12,421 nt of DNA. Source: Candidatus Zixiibacteriota bacterium (GTDB taxonomy: Bacteria; Zixibacteria; MSB-5A5; GN15; JAAZOE01). Location: assembly GCA_043819555.1 (NCBI GenBank), contig JBDREQ010000017.1:1-12421 (forward strand). The letters run 5' to 3'. Numbering within the stretch: position 1 is the first letter of the stretch; the number at the start of each line of letters is the position of its first letter. This document shows, one piece after another, positions 8,236-12,421 of this stretch. Under the pieces are notes generated by a model that was not told where the DNA came from, did no database searches, and was given only the letters and a program-made list of their open reading frames with translations. Made by a program: the position numbers and the translations under genes.

Positions 8236-11175
8236 TCACGGTATGAGGGGGCTCGGCAAAAGACCACCCGGCTCAATGGGCAAGGCATCGCGGCCCTCAA
8301 CCGTAAAACTGCTGTATTTTCCTCCGGAAATCCGGGCAATGCAGGGTTCACGAAGAAGGGCGACAGCGCTCTTATATTCTTCGGATAAAGGTTTCAAGCT
8401 TTGGGCGACGACTTTGACTGGTGCGCGAATATCAACAACCCCGTCAATTCCCAATTGAGACGAAGCATCCACTACGCTATCCAGGTCGGCAATAAAAACA
8501 TCCGCAGTGATCCGGATGGTACCCCCTCTACCTTCAAAAGCATTCGCAATAATTTTGCTGTTTGACAGGGTGACAAACTCGGGGTCAATGTTGATGTTTC
8601 CGCCCACCGTATCACGACCCCCGCCAACGCTGGCGGTAATTTCGCTGTCCCATATAACCATAGACTCCGTATTAATTTTGATATTGCCGCCATCGGATTT
8701 TTTCGCTTCGGTGGTTACAGCACTGTCTTTCATCCAAAATGTATCTTTGGCTGTAATATCGATATTACCGGCATTACCTTCGCCGGAGCTTTCGGCCGAT
8801 ATCACTGTCCGATTAGTTAGCCGCACTTGCCGTGCCGTGAGGGTGATGTCGCCCCCGACAGCCTGTTCGGCAACTGTTGATATCGAGCTGTTGCTGCTAC
8901 TGATTGCATTATTGGCGTTGATATTGATATTTCCTCCATCGCCCCGACTTGTTGAAAACGCCCCTATCGTCGCGTGATTCTTAAGATTCAAATTGTTTGC
9001 CTGAATGTTAATATCGCCGGCATCGCCCGTAGCCTGATCGACAAAACCCTGGAATATAGTACTAGAAGTAAAAATGCCGGCATTTGGTCCATCAATAGAG
9101 ATCGAACTCGGATCAACGCCTCCAATGTCCACATGATTTGCGATGATGTCTATTTTGCCGCCCATTCCGGGCCCTGTCGTCCGGGCGGTGATCTGAGCAC
9201 CGTCCAGCACTTGCAATTTATCTGTTTCCACCCTGATATCTCCTGCACCGGTGGCGAATATACCACCAATGGCAAAAAGACCGGTAAATTCGTTCTCAGG
9301 ACTCGGGCCCGCAACTAAAGTATTGTCAGCCTCAACCGCTATATCGCCGGCTTCACCGGTACCAAAATTCGTGGAACTAAGATAAGAACCATCTGAAACC
9401 GTTAAATTGCTGGTTTTGACAATTATATTGCCACTGTTTCCGGGACTTTCAGAATAGGTTCCAATCTGACCGGACGCTTTCATCTGTAAGTCGTTAGCGT
9501 TAATGAGAATATCACCTCCGGTTCCGGTAGTAGCGGCACCGGCAACATTTGAATAAATACCTGCCGAAAACCCCCCAGGATTCTTGCCGGAGATAAGAAT
9601 ATCATCAGCTGTCACTTCTATGGTGCCTGCTTGCCCGGCCCCGCTGAATATGCCTGCATTGAATTGGGCGCCATCAAACAATTTCAGGGTGTCTGTGTTT
9701 ACGCTTATTTTGCCGCCATTGGGATCACCAATTCCAGTGGAAACCTGAGATGCCAATCCGGTAAAACCGCCTTCACCACCTTGGATGACAACCTCCTTTG
9801 CATTGACGGTAAGGTTGCCGGCATCACCGGAAGTGGCCGTGTACCACGGAGCGAACGTACTGGTCGATATGAAACATAGACTCGGTCCGCCGTCAATCTG
9901 CAAGCTATCCGTCTCTATCGTGATATCGCCTCCGATGCCGGAGCCGAAAACCTGGGCCAAGATGCCGGAAAATTCATTCAGATGCAAGCTGCCGGTTTTT
10001 ATAAATATGTCTCCACCGTCACCTGAGTAGAAAACCCTTGAAGCAATATCAGCGATTCGGGTGAATTCAGGTGCGCCGGTCAATTGAAAACTGCCTGCCT
10101 CAATCTCTATGTCTCCTGCATCTCCGGTAGCGCCTTGTAGGGATGACGTTGAGATTTCGGCAGCATTTAATTCCCCTGCTGTAAGAACCAAATCATCGGA
10201 TACCTTAATATCTACCCCGATACCGGGATGATCTATATCCCCGTTCGTTGCAGCTGACATGATGCTCTCGGTTAAAAAGAAATTTCCTCCCCGGATGATA
10301 ATATTACCGCCGGGGTTACCTATGGCATTAATGTACGCACTGCTGGAGATGTTAATATTCCCGAGACGATCGAACGACTCCATTTTCAAGTCGGGTACTT
10401 CTCCTGGTGCATTAAAAGCAACTTCCCCGGCAGAGGCGACGCTTGCAATGTTAACTCTTCCACTCGGAGCGACAATGACCTCTTGGGCTTGATCAGGTAT
10501 CCCACTGCCAACTATTTCAATGTCTCCGCCAACTAGAGAGAAGGTTTCGCCATGGGGAACTTGTAAACTACTTTGCTGGATTGTAATCCCGGCCGGGTTG
10601 CCGCCTAAAAATCCAAATGCCGATGGCGGATCAATAGAGAGTGTGCTATTTTCTGATAACCTGGCATAAAAAACACCATCATCTCCAAGTCGAAGAAAAT
10701 CCGCTGTGCTAACATGGAATGACCCGCTGACATCCAAGCTGGCATTTGGACCAAAGAGAACCCCACCCGGGTTTAGTAAATACAGGTTTGCCCCGTTGAT
10801 CTCTGATCTGAGAAGTCCATCAATGAAAGACTGGCTGCCTCCCGTAACCCGTCCAATAATATTATTAATCGTATTTGGACCGGTAAAAGTTGCACTTTCT
10901 CCTTGGAATAAATTGAATTGGCCAAAACTATGAAACTGATTGCTCCCGCGTATGGTACCCTCACTGATGGTATAGTTGGACTGATCTAAAGCAACATTGG
11001 AGCCCAAAGAACCGTCAGGAGTCATCGAGGGTTCCTGGGCATGATTGATAGCAGGTAGCGTATTTAAAACCAGGATTGCAAATATCAGGAAAGGGATTAC
11101 GTTTACATTGAATACAAATAGACGGGGTGGCTTTAAAAGCATTTTTTGCTCCTTTCTTATTTTTTTAACATTCAT
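8236..11175 (-). CDS. Filamentous haemagglutinin family TpsA exoprotein with TPS secretion domain and beta-helix repeats (979 aa; alternative start 11142)
   Basis: Signal peptide ending INHA|Q; TPS domain (NQFHSFGQFNL, NIIGRVTGG..S.IDG, ANLYLLNPGGVLFGPNASLDVSGSFHVST); about 18 G-x-(A/G)-G-(D/N)-I-x-I repeats; C-terminal C...SSF...GR..LP..P motif; adjacent to tpsB. Confidence 0.93.
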   Translation of the reverse strand: MNVKKIRKEQKMLLKPPRLFVFNVNVIPFLIFAILVLNTLPAINHAQEPSMTPDGSLGSNVALDQSNYTISEGTIRGSNQFHSFGQFNLFQGESATFTGPNTINNIIGRVTGGSQSFIDGLLRSEINGANLYLLNPGGVLFGPNASLDVSGSFHVSTADFLRLGDDGVFYARLSENSTLSIDPPSAFGFLGGNPAGITIQQSSLQVPHGETFSLVGGDIEIVGSGIPDQAQEVIVAPSGRVNIASVASAGEVAFNAPGEVPDLKMESFDRLGNINISSSAYINAIGNPGGNIIIRGGNFFLTESIMSAATNGDIDHPGIGVDIKVSDDLVLTAGELNAAEISTSSLQGATGDAGDIEIEAGSFQLTGAPEFTRIADIASRVFYSGDGGDIFIKTGSLHLNEFSGILAQVFGSGIGGDITIETDSLQIDGGPSLCFISTSTFAPWYTATSGDAGNLTVNAKEVVIQGGEGGFTGLASQVSTGIGDPNGGKISVNTDTLKLFDGAQFNAGIFSGAGQAGTIEVTADDILISGKNPGGFSAGIYSNVAGAATTGTGGDILINANDLQMKASGQIGTYSESPGNSGNIIVKTSNLTVSDGSYLSSTNFGTGEAGDIAVEADNTLVAGPSPENEFTGLFAIGGIFATGAGDIRVETDKLQVLDGAQITARTTGPGMGGKIDIIANHVDIGGVDPSSISIDGPNAGIFTSSTIFQGFVDQATGDAGDINIQANNLNLKNHATIGAFSTSRGDGGNININANNAISSSNSSISTVAEQAVGGDITLTARQVRLTNRTVISAESSGEGNAGNIDITAKDTFWMKDSAVTTEAKKSDGGNIKINTESMVIWDSEITASVGGGRDTVGGNINIDPEFVTLSNSKIIANAFEGRGGTIRITADVFIADLDSVVDASSQLGIDGVVDIRAPVKVVAQSLKPLSEEYKSAVALLREPCIARISGGKYSSFTVEGRDALPIEPGGLLPSPLIP
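8510..10320 (-). repeat. Protein-level beta-helix repeats within tpsA
   Basis: Recurrent units such as GDAGDIEIEA, GDGGDIFIKT, GIGGDITIET, GDAGNLTVNA, GQAGTIEVTA, GTGGDILINA, GNSGNIIVKT, GEAGDIAVEA, GDAGDINIQA, GNAGNIDITA, GRGGTIRITA, spaced roughly 28-45 aa apart. Boundaries approximate. Confidence 0.85.
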
Positions 11176-11269
11176 TAAATTAAAAGAAAGGAAGTTTTAA
11201 TTGACATTAAGCGAGAAATTCTAATAAGACAAATTTAGGATTAATTTATATTTACAGGTAATTAACTTT

Positions 11270-11361
11270 GATGGTTTCGTAAAAAGTCTGATTTTCCCTT
11301 TCATCCGGATTCCCGCGAAAGCGGGGATCCAGACGTTAAGATGACTTTTTACGATTTCATC
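11270..11361. mobile_element. 92-bp MITE-like element with terminal inverted repeats, 6-bp target-site duplication and internal REP-like hairpin
   Basis: TIRs GATGGTTTCGTAAAAAGTC (11270-11288) and GACTTTTTACGATTTCATC (11343-11361) match at 16/19. Flanked by AACTTT at both 11264-11269 and 11362-11367. Internal stem-loop GGATTCCCGC-GAAA-GCGGGGATCC at 11307-11330. Confidence 0.85.
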
Positions 11362-11478
11362 AACTTTATTTTTTGAATTGTATTTAAAATTTAAAGAAAT
11401 TTATCTTTTTTTCTTTCTCGACCAGATTATCAGGTATTAATGTTTTTTAAAGCTTGTATTATCCATAAACATAGCATG

Positions 11479-11507
11479 AATCGAAAGTCAATAGTTACCT
11501 TTCGATT
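11479..11507. other. Perfect 9-bp inverted repeat (possible operator or terminator)
   Basis: AATCGAAAG-N11-CTTTCGATT in the AT-rich spacer between the truncated 98-aa gene and tpsA. Confidence 0.4.
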
Positions 11508-11613
11508 TTATCCAATTAATCCAACTCGACTTTGGCCATTTTTCAATTTCGTCTTATTCTTAGAGCATCAAATCATAGAGCTTTTCACACTGAATTATGC
11601 CATATCAGGTCGA

Positions 11614-11910
11614 TTAGATGACTTTATCAAACAAAGCCAATGTGGAATCTGACTGGTCCAAATTCGAGTCAATGCCGATGCTAAGATTACTTCCTTCTCT
11701 CAATATAGATCCTAACCTCTGTATATCGATTTTTTCATTGCCTATCGTTTCTTTAAGCATTTTGCCAGATGCAACTCCCTGATCCTCATGAGCTTTAGCA
11801 TGAAGAGCGAGAGCCTTTTCCATACCTACTTCTTGTGCAACAACCTTGAAAAATACCCCGTACAGGCCATATAGTTTTGTTGCGACCTTGAAAACCTCAT
11901 CTTGTGCCAT
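11614..11910 (-). pseudogene. Probably C-terminally truncated small protein resembling the L-2-amino-thiazoline-4-carboxylate hydrolase / V4R-like family
   Basis: Strong AGGAGG RBS (11916-11921). N-half VAQEVGMEKALALHAKAHEDQG...MLKE resembles this family. The expected downstream C-P / Cys-containing half is absent in all three frames after STLALF (~11630). Confidence 0.5.
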
Positions 11911-11915
11911 TTTTT

Positions 11916-11921
11916 CCTCCT
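11916..11921 (-). promoter_or_regulatory. Shine-Dalgarno site of the 98-aa gene
   Basis: CCTCCT on + (AGGAGG on -), 5 nt upstream of the ATG at 11910. Confidence 0.8.
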
Positions 11922-12126
11922 TTTCAATAAAGGGAACAATCAGATTAAGGGCCTATTCGCCTATTCATAATGAGGATCAAATTCTGGGATAGAGAAGCGG
12001 TAGAGCAAAAATCGAATCTATGATTCTCACTCTGTACGTATCATATTTCTTATAGAAATCAATGGAACTTGAGGGTTTTAATTTTCATGACTTCGATACG
12101 ATAGCACTCACCAAGGCACCGTGTGG

Positions 12127-12417
12127 TCAGATCCTATTTAAGTGATCTCTCAGCTTCCCAGAACATTTAAAAGTGACGACCTTCCTCGGCGGCAGGATCA
12201 GGTCCTCATCGTTGGCCGGATTTCTCCCTCTGCGTTCCTTTTTGTCCCTGACCTGGAACTTCCCGAATCCCGATATTAAAACATCCTCACCGGATTCCAA
12301 TGTGCGCTTTGTGATTTCCAGAAGAGTTTCGGTGATGTCTGTGGCTTGTTTGAGGGAATAGCCGTTTGCGGTTTGGATAGCTGAAATGATATCCGCCTTG
12401 GTGAGGGTCTTTGGCAT
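12127..12417 (-). CDS. ihfA: Integration host factor subunit alpha (HU/IHF family, 96 aa)
   Basis: TLTKADII, LESGEDVLISGFGKFQVRDKKERRGRNP, ILPPRKVVTFKCSGKLRD are the IHF-alpha signature, including the intercalating-arm RNP. Confidence 0.93.
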   Translation of the reverse strand: MPKTLTKADIISAIQTANGYSLKQATDITETLLEITKRTLESGEDVLISGFGKFQVRDKKERRGRNPANDEDLILPPRKVVTFKCSGKLRDHLNRI

Positions 12418-12421
12418 AAGC

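Noticed and set aside
8243..10933. Plus-strand ORFs inside tpsA (e.g. 8507-8977, 8974-9318, 9785-10030)
   Set aside because: Antisense shadows of the Gly/Asn/Ile-rich repeat coding sequence, with no recognisable motifs.
7960..11040. TpsA and TpsB both read A|QEP at their predicted signal cleavage sites
   Set aside because: Codons differ and such residues are common after signal peptidase I sites; likely coincidence.
8236..11175. CdiA-type contact-dependent toxin or haemolysin
   Set aside because: Only 979 aa, with no pre-toxin motif, no C-terminal toxin domain and no immunity ORF.
11201..11229. Perfect TTGACA -35 box on the plus strand
   Set aside because: No good -10 at 16-18 bp spacing, it points away from tpsA, and the surrounding sequence is very AT-rich.
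11440..11652. 70-aa plus-strand ORF
   Set aside because: AT-rich intergenic translation with no RBS or recognisable motif.

Overview
Bacterial window, probably from a Desulfobacterales-like deltaproteobacterium (inferred from the IHF-alpha type and the repeat families; not verifiable here). Nearly everything is on the minus strand. The core is an apparently intact five-gene co-oriented cluster (11175->1038): a filamentous-haemagglutinin-type TpsA exoprotein, a ShlB/FhaC-type TpsB transporter, an exported TPR-CHAT (caspase/separase-like) protease with an intact His/Cys dyad, a CHASE2 membrane-bound class III nucleotidyl cyclase with a non-canonical substrate-specifying residue, and an exported DUF928 protein. 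I infer this is a trans-envelope, protease-gated signalling system. It is flanked by gene debris: an internal fragment of the type I-G (I-U) CRISPR gene csb2 on the left, and a truncated ATC-hydrolase/V4R-like gene plus an ihfA-like gene on the right. Small repeats occur in the spacers: a 92-bp MITE with a 6-bp target duplication upstream of tpsA, and two tandem GTA(A/G)GCGTTCA...GGTTAC elements, one of which overlaps the tpsB start codon. No CRISPR array, rRNA or tRNA was seen. Family assignments come from motif recognition, not database searches.
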